From positions 231,384,001-231,448,000 of the forward strand of contig OZ024741.1 of assembly GCA_964016885.1 (NCBI GenBank): a stretch of 64,000 bases of DNA, read 5' to 3'. Positions 25,487 through 38,359 of the stretch are shown here, in pieces (positions within the stretch are counted from its first letter, which is position 1; each line of letters starts with the position of its first letter). The notes beneath the pieces are model-generated. The model saw only the letters and a list, made by a program, of their open reading frames with translations. It was not told the origin of the DNA and made no database searches. This DNA comes from Eledone cirrhosa. Taxonomy: Eukaryota. Made by a program: the position numbers and the translations under genes.

Positions 25487-26800
25487 GAAAATGATTCCGT
25501 TAGTAATTCCATCAAAAATATTCCTACTAACGGAATCATTTTCTTACACACACACACACACACAATATATATATATATTCTCTTCATCTTAACATGCTAA
25601 CCATATTCCCACACACACATAACACCCACACACATAACCCCCACCCACCCCCACACACACATCTCCCTCCTCCATTTCTACTAATAGAATCACTTTCCTA
25701 CACACATATACACACACACAAAATATATATATTCTCTCCATCTTAACATACTACCCCCCACACACACACATTACACCCATATACACACACAAACAACCCC
25801 CTCCCCATTTCTACTAATAGAATCATCTTCCTATACACACACTCACACACACACAAGCACACAAATAAACATACATATCTTTACTTTCTTTATTACAATA
25901 GAAAATATGAATTCTGACACCCCAGCGAACCAGCCATATTCACTGAACCAGAACAATTCTCCCATTCCATTTCTCTTGACCATTATCTTTTGCTTGTCAT
26001 AACATTCTCTAAAAGGCTACAAAATAAATTCCCAAACACGGGCGCGAAAGAAATTTAATGAACTTGTTCACGTGACAATCATCATTTCATTTGTAACCAA
26101 TCAAGTTATATTTATTAAAAAAAGCCTTCGTGTGCCATTTTTTTAAAGTAAAAAGAAATTCAAACAAACTTACGCGAAAGCTGATATATTTATTCACGCG
26201 ACTATATCAACCAACCAAACTTCACTCATATATGAAAAAACAACCTGCTATATTCACTGAACCAGTTCAATTTTCATCATTCCATCTCTCCTGACCATTA
26301 TTATTTGTTTGTCATAAAATGATCTAAAAGGCTAGAAAATAAATTCCCAAATACGGGCGCGAAATTTAATGAACTTCTTCACGTGACAACCATAATTTCA
26401 TTTATAACCAATCAAATTATATTTATAAAAAAAAGCCTTCGTGAGCCCTTTTTTTTAAGTAAAAAGAAATTCAAACACTCATATATGAAAAAACAACCTG
26501 AGACCCACCCCCTTCTTTGAAGAAGTTTGTAACGCGAACTGGCGCGAAATTTATTATACTTATTGACCAACCAATCAAATTACTTGTCTAAAAACCTGGC
26601 TTTTCGAGCCACTTTTTTCCATATAAAACAAGTAACATTCAAAGACCAACCAGATGTGAGAAAAACCACAGACCCTCCATTTCAACTCTACTTTTGAAAA
26701 GCAAAAGAACTGTGAAACCGGTAAAGGAACCAAATACATATATACATTTTTTTAAAATAAGACTCCAGTTGCATTTTCGATTTCACCTTTTTTTCTTTAT
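24830..26800. mobile_element. Non-autonomous PLE-like fold-back element; U3-A8 minimal HHR at 26691-26726 (+) and 24955-24990 (-)
   Basis: ~24885-25330 is inverted at ~26350-26795, with an internal direct duplication 25935-26170/26245-26480. Motif CTT-TTGAAAA-GCA n7 TGT-GAAA-CCGG-TA-AAG. Confidence 0.75.
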
Positions 26801-26934
26801 ATATATATATATATATATATACACTCTTTATATCACGTTGCCCCTTCTACCTGGAGTTGCGACCGATAGATAGTACTAGCAACAGGAAAAACCGACGAAA
26901 CACTTGTTTCCCCGGTCCGATATATATATATATA

Positions 26935-29220
26935 TATAGGAACAAGTAAGACCCCGACGGCTGAGCTCAAGCCGTTTCGACAGCTAATTCTGGACTGATT
27001 GAAAATTTATTCTGGTATTTAAATAGCCGAGCTTATCAAGGGGTAATTCCATATATGGTCAAAGAGACAATCACCAGGATTGGTCACATCACAAGTTAGT
27101 AGTAAATCGGTGATGGCAAATTGGTGGGAGAAGGGGTAGCTAAACCTGCCTGTAGGAGAAAAAGGGAGAGCGGGTGGAGTAGACCCATTCATGCGTTGGT
27201 AGTGCCGGCTACAGCTGGGCGTGAGGTCAAATGGATACTGGGGAGGGGGAGGAATTCGAAACGGTAAGTAGAACAATGAAGGGTAAAACTATAAACAGTA
27301 CTGAGAGAGAAAAAAATAAGCAAAGTCTGGTTACTAAGACTTAAGTCTCTCGCTATTGCTAGGCTAAAGAAATACATAAATAAATAAATAAACAAATACG
27401 TGAATAAAAGAATAGATAAATAAATTTTAAAATATATATAATGAAGAATAAAATACTAAAGAGACTGCCACGAAATAATAAAGGTGTCTACCCCAATCAC
27501 AGGGCCAGCAACCACCCAGTGCAAGAAAGTAAACTAGTACGAGAATATAATTTAGGGTCCCGCAATACTAGTGCTAACTCTAAGGGTACAGCCACGAAAC
27601 GAAAAGTCTTATACACGCTACATGAAAGATCGTACGAAGTAAAAGTAAAGAACGGAAAATTAATACAGAACCCCCCCCCCCCCCTCCCCAACAAAGGGAA
27701 AAAGAAGAAAGAAATACTGGATAAACGAGAAATTAAAGCAAAGATGCCACTAAGAAATATAGAAGGCACGGAAAAAAGGTACAGCGGTCGGAGAAGGGGG
27801 CAAGTATCCGAAGTCTAACACCTCTGCTATAAAAAGCGGAGTCAGTCAAATCTATCATAGAATAGTGGAGGGGGGTGGGGGTGCTGAAGCTACAAGGGAC
27901 CGAGGGGCTACCTCGGGTGGGCGAGAAAAAGACGACGACAAAGAAAAAGAACTGGGGTAGAAGGACTAGGGAGGGATGGGGGAAGAAGGAAAGCGATAAA
28001 AGAATGTAAAAGAAGATCTTACGTCTCCATTGGCAAGCAGAGATTACCCATTACAAAATAGGCAAGTGGGGTGTTATAGCCCTAGTCTACCACCCCCCGG
28101 GTCATTATGGGGTTTGAGGGGAGGTAAGTCCTACGTAATCGGTGTTTACATGCAGTAACCAGTTCATCTTTCTTGTTTAGGAGTTGGTCCGTCGAAAACA
28201 GCATTTGTAAAGTTTCCCCCGAGCATAAATTGCACGGACGGCGTCCTCCCGTGTAAGAGTTGGCTCTGGACAGTAATTTCCAAGTGAGATCATAGTTGAT
28301 GTTGTTGTCCTCGAGGTCCCATATGTGGCCCGAAAGTGTAGTGGCGTGACGCCGGGCCGGATTTCGGAAGGTATGTCTGTGTTGGTATAGCCGGGTCTTG
28401 AAGTCACATGCGGTTAATCCTATATAAGCTTTGTTGGAGGTGTCCGTGCTCACGTTGCACTGGTAGATCACATTACGGTCTCTGCATCTGTTGTCGAGGG
28501 GGCAACTGGGTCTATCAGGACAATTGCACCTCCTGGTCGGCTCTCCACTGCTATTTAGGTTGTTTCTTCCATCGGGGTTGAGTTTTTTGTTGTTGGAGGA
28601 GACGATGTTTTGTGCGAAGTTAGGAGTAGTGCTGTAAGAGAGTTTGATGGTATTTTTGTTAATTTTGTTGTGGTAGCCGTGTTGTGGTGGGAAGTGTTTT
28701 TCAATGAGCCTAAAGAAAATTTTCCCGATGGGAGTTGTCACCTCGGCGTTGTGGGGAGGATTGAACCATGTTACATTGCGTGAGCGGCGGTGTCGCCTGC
28801 TGGTTCCGCTAATGGGAGCTGGACAGTAGGATATTTCCTCCCGGAAACCACTCCGCTTGAGGGCCTGGTTGTAGTATGGCGCATGTTCATCGAATATCTT
28901 CTCATTAGCTGACAAACGGGATATGCGGAGGGAGATGTTTTTGACCAGGTTGTTGGTGATGTTCCTAGGATGGTTAGATCGGCGGTGGTTGTAGTGCAGG
29001 TTGTCATTGGGTTTCCTGTATGGGTAGTACAGGTCATTATTGAGATCAAGGGTAACGTCCAGGTAACGTCGGGTCAGGGACGTTTGTAGGGTTATTTTAA
29101 ATCCCCAGTCGCGGAAGAAGCTGATTAATTGTTTACGGACCCGATCTGTACTACTGGGGTTGTACCCTTTAAGGGTAAGGAGCCCATCATCACGGTACAA
29201 TCCACCACCGAAAGCAGGAA
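26935..29220 (-). mobile_element. Penelope-like element 3' half: RT C-terminus, linker and GIY-YIG (ORF 28082-29248), probably Naiad-type
   Basis: GLYRDDGL, YLDVTLDL, WFNPP, CNCPDRPSCPLDNRC, NVIYQC...AYIGLT...FKTRLYQH and CNLC, followed by a 3' UTR ending in an HHR. Confidence 0.95.
26951..27044 (-). ncRNA. Type I hammerhead ribozyme with a U3-A8 core at the PLE 3' end
   Basis: Minus strand ACCCC-TTGATAA-G..CGGCTA...TAGCTG.C-GAA-ACGGCT tgagctc AGCCGT-C|GGGGT, with a GUC triplet. Confidence 0.7.
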
Positions 29221-30529
29221 TTAACTTTACCTTCGGATGCTCACGCAAAAAATCGATCTATTTGCGAAAAGACTTAGATGGAGAACTTTTTTCTACGACA
29301 GATTTTGCGACAATCAGGACTTCGGTACCAAGGAGAGATTCGGATTTATTACCTACAAATCTCCCCCCCCCCAAAAAAAAACCTTTGCTCTCACCCTTCG
29401 AGAATGACCTCTTCCAACTGGTCAAGAACCTTAAATTCAAACCCAGACACAACCTATTCCTACAAAAACTCCGTAGCAACTTAACAGAGTATGATAACAC
29501 CAATGACATCATGGTGCATTCGGATAAAACTCGGAACCTATACTTTGTCAACCCCGACAGATACCACACACTGATCAGGAGCAGCCTAAACTCCACCTAT
29601 AAAAGGCTAACCACTCATGCATCGAGGACATTAATCGAGATGGACTGGCAGTATCGGTAGAGGGTCGGACGCCATGCTTTGACGCATAGAGTTACGGCCC
29701 TTGCCATTCTGAGTTCAAATCCCGCCGAGGTTAACTTTGCCTTTCATCCTTACAGGGGTCGATAAAATAAAGTACCAGTAATGTACTGGGTAATTGCTGG
29801 CCTTGTGCCAAAAAGTAGAAAGAATTAATCGAGATGGACAACAAATTACCTCCAGCCTCGGGGTCGCTGACCGCACCGAACCCCTAGACACACGGACACC
29901 ATACTTCACACTGAAGGACCACAAATCCGATTTCGACCGTAAACCATCTATCAGGCTTATAAACCCAACGAAGTCCGACATAGGGAGAATCAGAAAAAAA
30001 TCCTAGACCGCGTGATACCAAAAGTCAAGCAACACGCCCGACTTAGCCTATGGATCAACACCCAGGAAGTTATCTCATGGTTCAGCAATATGGAGGATAA
30101 ACGAGACACCAAATTTATCCAGTTCGACATAGAGAGCTACTATGCTTCTATCACCTTACCGCTACTTACTGCCGCCTTGGACTTCGCCGAAGCACTTGTG
30201 CCCATTACCGACCAGGAAAGAAAAATCATCCTCCACGCCAGGAAGACAGTCTTACCCTTTGACAACTCCAAATGGATAAAAAGAGCTCCCGACTCACCCT
30301 TCGACGTCAGCATGGGCGCGACGGATTCGGCGGAGGTCACAGATCTTATAGGATTATTCCTTATAGCCAAACTCACCGATATGTTTCCTGCTTTCGGTGG
30401 TGGATTGTACCGTGATGATGGGCTCCTTACCCTTAAAGGGTACAACCCCAGTAGTACAGATCGGGTCCGTAAACAATTAATCAGCTTCTTCCGCGACTGG
30501 GGATTTAAAATAACCCTACAAACGTCCCT
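29221..30529 (+). mobile_element. Inverted 5' half of the same PLE (RT N-terminus to YRDD), interrupted by a SINE
   Basis: SDKTRNLY, LKDHK...RLINPTKSDIG, FIQFDIESYY, FDVSMGATDSAEV and GLYRDDGL. 30385-30529 is the exact reverse complement of 29076-29220. Confidence 0.95.
29646..29823 (+). mobile_element. tRNA-derived SINE with a 16-bp target-site duplication
   Basis: TSD ATTAATCGAGATGGAC at 29630-29645 and 29824-29839; B box GAGTTCAAATC. Confidence 0.9.
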
Positions 30530-30877
30530 TAACTTTACATCATTTTTCTCTTCGTTAATTTTCAAATTCTTTTAATTTACACATTGTCTTCCAACGGTTT
30601 TTTCAACCTCACTATGTAAAACAATATATTTTTCTCAGTTATAAAAGCTATCTCTCTCTCTCTATCACCCATCTCTCCTCCTATCTCATCCTTCCTCACT
30701 ATACTCCTCCCCCTCCACTTTTTACTCTCATCTCCTCCTCTTTTTCATCCTTTCCAACCTCCCCCCCCCCTCCATTTTTTTTTTCCCCAATATCACATAT
30801 CAATCTAAAACTACTTTTCATATGTTGATTTAAAACTGCACTATCCACAAGTGTTTTTTAACCTTCATATCATGTCC

Positions 30878-30946
30878 TATTTTATCTGATGAAAACAAAT
30901 GTTATTGCATGATGATATTTGTTTTTGAAATGCGCATAATAAAATA
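30878..30946 (+). ncRNA. Type I hammerhead ribozyme (same family as 24554) at the end of a PLE tail (30530-30980)
   Basis: TATTTTAT-CTGATGA-AAACAAATGTTATT...GATGATATTTGTTT-TT-GAAA-TGCGCA-TA|ATAAAATA. Confidence 0.75.
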
Positions 30947-31093
30947 CATGGAACTCATTTAACCATCTTTTGATCTTATATATTATATATATATATATAA
31001 GTATTGAAGTTTCCGTTGAAAATTGAAAAAGTCATAGGAGTGAAAAGTGCTCTATGTAAGTACCAGAGCAAAATTTTAAAATAATTATTATAC

Positions 31094-31145
<52 letters not shown>

Positions 31146-31204
31146 TGTATGAGTATTTATGTATTTTGTATATGTGTATATATGTGTATATCTGTAGATG
31201 GGTT

Positions 31205-31274
<70 letters not shown>

Positions 31275-31694
31275 TAAAATGATAAAATATGTGGGTGAAA
31301 ACCGCATCTTGTATATTTGCTAAAAAGGATCTTAATAACATTTATAAAAAATTGATGTCAAGAAAGCCCCTTTTCTCCATAATGGATCAACAAATTATTT
31401 GTAAGTAGTTTTAATTGTTTTTATTTCTTTTTTTTTTTCGTTAAAGCTCCTGCATGCTCAATTTTGAAAATCAACATGCAGGTATTTTTACCAAAACAAT
31501 TTAACCTAATAAGAAATGTATTGAAGATCCAAAACGGAGAAAGCGGGCTTTGCTAACGTGAATGTTTTATAAAGATCCTAGTTATATATACCAGCTGCGC
31601 TTTCCAACTTTGTTATTCTTATCATTTTCTTTAAATCACGTGATCTGTATAGAACCTTTTCTAATGTCCACATCAATTTTTCACTATATATATA

Positions 31695-31792
<98 letters not shown>

Positions 31793-31936
31793 AGGGTTGA
31801 CGGACCCACCATATTTATCAATGCCAGTACCGGTTGTATCTCAGCGCACTCAATGGGCAATGTAAGATACATTACCAGAGTATACACATAGTTATTTGCC
31901 TCAACACAACACAATTTGCATATACGTATTTTTCAG

Positions 31937-32071
31937 AATGTAAATCCGGAACATATGGCATGAATTGTTTATCGATTTGTAACTGTGCGGACAATGCACC
32001 ATGCGGCACCGCATCTGGGAACTGTTCAAATGGCTGCCCGACCATATATTCAGGATACGACTGTCAGACAG
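31937..32071 (+). CDS. Host gene exon: EGF/laminin-EGF-like repeat (MEGF10/SCARF/receptor-PTP-like ectodomain)
   Basis: ttttcAG acceptor and GTtggt donor; 135 nt, phase 1-1; (E)CKSGTYGMNCLSICNCADNAPCGTASGNCSNGCPTIYSGYDCQT. Confidence 0.85.
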
Positions 32072-33146
32072 GTTGGTATTTTACTTTGATTGTTGCTCGG
32101 TAAAATATTATTCTGTGAATCCTTAATCGTCTCAGTTGCTGTTGATTTTGTTGCTGTTGGTATTATTATTTTTTTGTTCATGTTGTACTTAGCGTCCGAT
32201 AAGTTTTCGATATATTTGATATGTGAACAAGTTAATAACACCAAATTCTACGCCCCAGTTTCAGTGATATAGGGCAGGTGTACCCATCGGACAAAATTAC
32301 TAAGATATAAACGTGGTGTATATACAGGTAGAACTCATGCTATATCAGCCATTCTACCTCAACGGAGCCCTTTATCAGGCAAGCCACTTCCATCCTTAAT
32401 TTGCAGAGGAAAACCGTAGTTTCATGACCGAGGACACAACAGGTCCAGACGGTGATCAACACTATCGGGAAATAGTCAGTCAAATTATGGTATTCAGCTG
32501 TCTTACTCTCGTCTGCATTATGGGCAAAATTGCTGGGATTTGTGGCCCCCGAATAGTTTTCTCATTTTCTTTTTGACATTGATTTTCTCTTTGGAAAATA
32601 CAAAAAACTTTGTGTGCAAGCTTCGCGAGACCTGGTGCAATAAGCGTTACTAATGTTGTCTTGAAATTGTTGCATTTTGATAGATACAGTAGGGAAAAAT
32701 CCTGTACAAGCAGAGAAAGATTGTAGCATGTGATTTGGGGATATGTGATTTGCGATCTCAATTGGTTTCATTGGTAGGCATTTTATTTGAATTCATTAGT
32801 CAGAAAGTAGAAGGGCATGCCAATGTAACTTTTCAATACATTTCAATGTAGTTTGGGGGAGGGAGGCAAATATCTCCAGTGAAGAGAATTGTCAAAAAGT
32901 ATTTTAAGCCCGTGGCCTCATCTAACGTAACATAATAGCCATGTAGAGACATTAACTCTGGTAGCTCACACGCTCTAAGTACATAGGTCATTTCAGCATT
33001 TACAATTTAGAAATCAAACTGCTGAAAGAGATAGAACAAGGTTTTTCGTCCTACATTGTAACTATTCTGCCAACCCCTACCCGCACTCTATTTTATTTTG
33101 CTTTGATAAACACATAACTAATCGCTGTGCACGGTTCATTCTTTTT

Positions 33147-33222
<76 letters not shown>

Positions 33223-33261
33223 TACACGGGTGTGTATGATTGTGTATAGAAGATTATATTA

Positions 33262-33437
33262 ATAAAAGGAATTACAACTTTGTCTGATTTACTCATTTTA
33301 TTTACAATCCTTTAAAATGTATAATGGTATTAGAATGAAATAGTATGGTAGATTCTACCATACTATTTCATTCTAATAACATTAAAAAGGTTAAAGGATT
33401 GTAAATAAAACGAGTAAATCAGACAAAGTGGGAATTC

Positions 33438-33444
<7 letters not shown>
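33262..33444. repeat. ~180-bp imperfect palindrome between (TA)n tracts
   Basis: Centre AGAATGAAATAGTATGGTAGA t TCTACCATACTATTTCATTCT; the arms extend to ATAAAAGGAATT/AATTCCTTTTAT. Confidence 0.85.
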
Positions 33445-33497
<53 letters not shown>

Positions 33498-33529
<32 letters not shown>

Positions 33530-36500
33530 GTTTAACGTCCACCTTCCACGTTTGCATGGATTTGGACGGGAATTTTCCCACTTGCGGCAAGATTGGTTGT
33601 CTTGCTCGTATAGGACTGTCTGGTTGGTTTTCTACGGCTGGATGCCCTTCCTAACACCAACCACGTTTACAGTGTGGACTGGGCGGTTTTTACCGTGTTA
33701 CCTACAAGGCCACATTAGAGCGTGGACTGTGTGTTTTTTTGTCGTGACACGTACACGACCTCATTTATTTCGGACTGCATGTTGAGATACCAACATAACT
33801 TTACATCGAAAGGGGTGGTGTGGATGGGGTGGTGGTAGTGGGACGGGGGTGTATTTTTGTTAAGAGGTGCCTACTGACTGTATGTTTCGCTTTGTACTTA
33901 GGCAAGGCGGGTGTTCTGTATTACTGTGTAGCGCCAAAGATCTCGGTCCAGTGACATTGTCTTGGAGAGGTGTGTGTGTGGTCGGAATTTATCAAGTCGT
34001 CCCAGGTTTTCCTGGGTCTGCCTACTCCGTGGCTACCGTCTATTTTTATCGCCCTGCACTTTTTTATACAGCTGTCGTCTTTCATGCGCATCACGTTACC
34101 ATCCCAACGTAGTCTTCTCTCGACTAACAACATCTGATCCCTCTTATTCCTAATTTCTCCCTTAGTTCATTTATGCTTTGTCGTTCACGTATATTACTAT
34201 TACACATCCAACGGAGCATGCAAGCTTCGTTCCTCTCCAGTTTACGTATATCCTCTGCACACAATGCCCAAGTCTCACTGCCATGTAACATTGCTGTTCG
34301 TATGCAGGCATCATACAGCCTACCTTTCATTTTTAGAGATAACCCTTTAGCGGCCAATAGTGGTATAAGCTCTCTGAACTTTTTCCATCCCGTTCTGACT
34401 CTAGCTACTGTACTTTCAGTGCACACTCCACCACTGCTGATTGTGTCACCCAGGTAACGGAAGGTGTCCACTATTTCTATAGAACCATCTGTCCAATGGA
34501 ATGAACTAGTATTCTGTGGGCACTTGCTGCTACTTATTGCACCTGAGCACCGGCCACATATAAAATCTATATTCTTAGTTAGCTTACTTGTGATCCCACT
34601 ACATCTTTTATACACTCATACTTTGCATTTGGGACATAAAATGGAGTTTCTGCCTACTCCTTTCCAACACACTGAGCATGGCCATTTCCCAGATGGGACC
34701 AATGCCCTATTTTCCTTCATACAAACTAGAACTTTAGTCTTAGACAGGTTAATTTTAAGGCCTTTAGATTGAAGACCATGCTTCCATGTTTGTAATTTCT
34801 TCTCTAGTTCAGCCATTGATTCCGCTAAGAGCGTTAAATCATCTGCGTATAGGAGTTCCCATGGACAGCCGGCCTTGAACTCCTCTGTTATAGCCTGAAG
34901 GGCAATAATAAATAGTAGGGGGCTAAGGCCGGAGCCCTGATGAACACCAACTTTTACGCAAAACTCTTCACTATATTTGTTGTTAATTCTAACCTTGCTG
35001 ACTGTTTCTTTATACATGGCTTCTATAGCTCTCACAAGCCATTCATCAACACCTAATTTTCTAAGAGCCCACCAGATAATGGAGCGGGGGACTGTCAAAG
35101 GCTTTCTTCAAGTCAATAAATGCTAAGTATAGGGGTTTACTTTTAGCTAGGTACTTCTCCTGTAGTTGTCGTACAATGAAAAGAGTGTCTGTGGTACTTT
35201 TACCTGACACAAACCCGAACTGTATTTCACCTAGATCAATTCGCTCTCTGATTAGTTAAAATATTACTTTTTCTGTGACCTTCATGACCTGGTCAATTAA
35301 TTTAATGCCTCTATAGTTTCCCCTATCTAGGGCATCTCCTTTACCCTTGTATCAGTTAATGATGCTGCTGCTACGCCAGTCCTTCAGAACGACCCCATTC
35401 TGTATGACTTGGTTTACTATCCGGGTAACCATACTGTGTTCCACCGTTCCATATGTTTTCAGAATTTCAGCAACTATTTTCGAAGGCCCAGCCGCCTTGC
35501 CTGTCTTCATATCTTTGATTGCCTTACTTATTATACTATCTTCAACTTGCACTGCTGGTCCCTCTATTGGATTGATGTGGGGGAGACTGTCTTTCTCCTA
35601 TTTGTTCTCCTCATTTAGTAGTCTTTCGTATTGGCACTTCAAGCTACCTTCTTATAAGCGTCAGTGATGGCAAGTACACCATCATCATTAAGCACACACT
35701 TCTCCCCGACAATATCACGGTTTTCCATGACACATTGGTTAGCAATCCTGAACACATCACGTTTTGGTCCTCGCGTTGTAGAACATGCTTGAACTTTCTT
35801 TCCTCTGCTTACCTTCTTGCGAAGTACACTTGTCTCCTAGCTTCTCTCCTGGCCACTTGATAGTCTTCTCTACTTCTCCCATCACGCCATGCTTTCCAAG
35901 CCTGCTTTTTGGCCTTGATTGACTCCTCCACCTTACTGTTCCACCACCAAGTTACTCTCCTCCTGCATGTAGGTCTGCTCCAGCCACATATTTCATCTGT
36001 CGCCTTCAGCGGGTTAGCTTTCAGGAATCCCACTGTTCCTCTATATTGTACGACTCTAATTGCTCTTCCTTACTATCAAAAGCATCAAATAATATGCTTT
36101 TAAATTTATTACTCTGCTGTGGGGTCCTTTAGCTTCCATATTTTTCTCCTGGGGATAATCCTCCTCTGTTGTCGAGTACGTCTCGTCCTGACTATGAGGT
36201 CGCTAATTATGAGTCTATGTTGAGAGGTGCATTCTTAATGGGGGAGGGATTTAGTATTTACAACAGACACTCTGTCACGTCTTCTGGTAAGGATATAATC
36301 TATCTGACTGGCCTGTTCCCCTGATCTATAGGTGATCCAGTGATTGTCTCGTTTTTTGAAGTTAGTGTTACAGATAGTTAGGTTATTTGCGTCACAGAAT
36401 TCCAGGATTCTGGAGCCTTCCTCATTTCTAGTACCAAACCCATAGCCTTCGTGGATTCCGTCATAATGTTGTCCAACGTGACCATTTAGGTCGCCAGCGA

Positions 36501-37027
36501 TAATTATGTAGTCACTGTCGGTTATTTGGGAGGTAGTGAGCATTAACGACTCATAGAATCTGTCTTTTATAACGCCAGGCAGTCCGGATTGGGGTGCATA
36601 TGCAGATATTATTGTCACAGTAGTTCTATTGAGGACAAGTCATATTTTAATTATTCTGTCGTTCACTCTATTTACGTCTATTATCTTAACTTCCCACTTT
36701 TCTTGTACGATGATTCCTACTCCACCCAGTCCATTGTCAATACCCACCCAGAAAAGCTTATAGCATAGTTTTTTACCCACAATGAATCTAGCAGACCCGT
36801 CCCTCCACCTGGTCTCTTGAATACAGCAAACATCGACCTCCTTACGTTCAAGCATTTCTACTACCTCGTTAGAGCAACCTTTTAAGGTGCCTACATTCAT
36901 GGTACCAACTCTGAAGTTTTGGATTGCGTTTGGAGGGTGGGAACGGTGGAGAGCAGGGGGGGGGGGGGTGAGATGAGGTTATGTTAGCCATCCGTGGCCG
37001 AAATAAAGAGGAGTCCTTGCATTCTCG
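33498..37027 (-). mobile_element. Near-full-length RTE-clade LINE (APE endonuclease, RT, PHD-like Cys module), pseudogenised
   Basis: APE motifs MNVGTL, CIQETRW, ISAYAPQ, GDLNGHVG and SQIDYIL. RT motifs GVHQGSGLSPLLF and LLYADDL. Likely ATG at 36991; (GAT)n 3' tail; inserted in (TA)n. Confidence 0.95.
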
Positions 37028-37784
37028 TATATATATATATATATATATATATGAGGTGGGTGCGTGTGTGTAGAGTCAAGAATTTCCGGATATGAGATAA
37101 AAGAAAAAAGGGTCTATATTAAATACAAAGCTAAATTATATTATCATAAAAAGATTTCCAGCACAACTGCATGCTGTATAAGGTTTCAAAACCTTCTCTA
37201 CCATAAATCTCACCGCATATTCACCAGTGTTGCTTATCGTTCAGGCAATATTAAGATGTCCGAAGTTTTTTAAATGACTCCACTTTTAGATGGTATTCTA
37301 TAACATTTAAATTTTTTAAATTTAAAATTTTACAAATTTACAATTTTACTATCTAAGTCTAACAAGACCTTTGTTAACTTTGGTGGAAAGATTTTTCCCT
37401 CAAATGATGACATGTCTTTTACACCTCATTAACTCTTCTTCAGGCTCACACTCATATTCTTTAAATATACAACAACAAAATATGAGTTTATATCAGTTTG
37501 AAAATCGCCACCGACGAATGCGAGAAATTTCTCCAGAAAGTTAACCAGGATTTTCAAAAGTTTTCCCGCAAAGTTACCAAAGGATTTTTTAAACCTACAT
37601 ACCAAAATTGTAAAATTAAATGGTTATAGAATACCAACAAGTGAAGTCATTCTTTTCTTTTTTTTCAAATACATACATATATATATATATCAGATAGGGT
37701 GTGCTAAAAAAACAGCTGGACCATAACCCCCCAGAGTACTCGATAAGTGGGTTAGTTGAGTGGGTAATAGGAAAAGATTCTGGA

Positions 37785-37859
37785 TCCCGACGGCTAAGCC
37801 CCGGCTGTTTCGTGAGCTAGATCCGAACTCTGAAACGGGGGAGAACACTAATCATGGAA
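37785..37859 (-). ncRNA. Hammerhead-like motif with an A3-U8 core, related to 26951
   Basis: Minus strand TTCC-ATGATTA-GTG...CAC-GAAAC-AGCCGGGGCTTAGCC-GTC|GGGA. Stems are short and imperfect. Confidence 0.45.
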
Positions 37860-38268
37860 ATACCCAATGCAATTGGGGGTGGGGTGCATAGAGATAGGTA
37901 AAAACACGACAGCGTCGCCGTACAGGTTTAGCTTCAGTCACCAATTCATCTACTCCATTGCTATAGGCTGAACACTGCATCACAAGTCGAAACCGCTTGG
38001 CGCTGAAGTTGGCATTTCAACTCTCTCTCTCTCACTCACACACACACTCTTATGTATGTATATATATATATACTTATATAACTATTTGTGTTTGTATGTA
38101 TACATGCCAGTATCTATGTATATACGAATGTATGTATATTTGCCTGTATATGTGAGTGTGAGAGAGGAAACAAAACGACATAATTAAAAATACTGAGACA
38201 GTGATTTGAAACTGTGCTCTTATTTCTCATTTACTTTAAAACTTACTCAAAATTTACATATTTTACAG

Positions 38269-38359
38269 TTTCACCTCTGTTCTATATTTTACTTGGAATC
38301 GTTCTATTACTGTTACTGATTTTGCTGATTTGTATTTGTTGCTGTATTTTGTTTCCTCG
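38269..38359 (+). CDS. Host gene exon: transmembrane helix with a Cys-rich juxtamembrane segment
   Basis: ttttacAG acceptor and GTAAGC donor; 91 nt, phase 1, compatible with the EGF exon; (V)SPLFYILLGIVLLLLLILLICICCCILFP(R). Confidence 0.8.

Noticed and set aside
31362-31400. Possible micro-exon ending in a GTAAGT donor
   Set aside because: No polypyrimidine acceptor and no recognisable peptide.
36990-37030. HDV-like ribozyme at the RTE 5' end
   Set aside because: Only about 36 nt of 5'UTR remain before (TA)n; no nested double pseudoknot is discernible.
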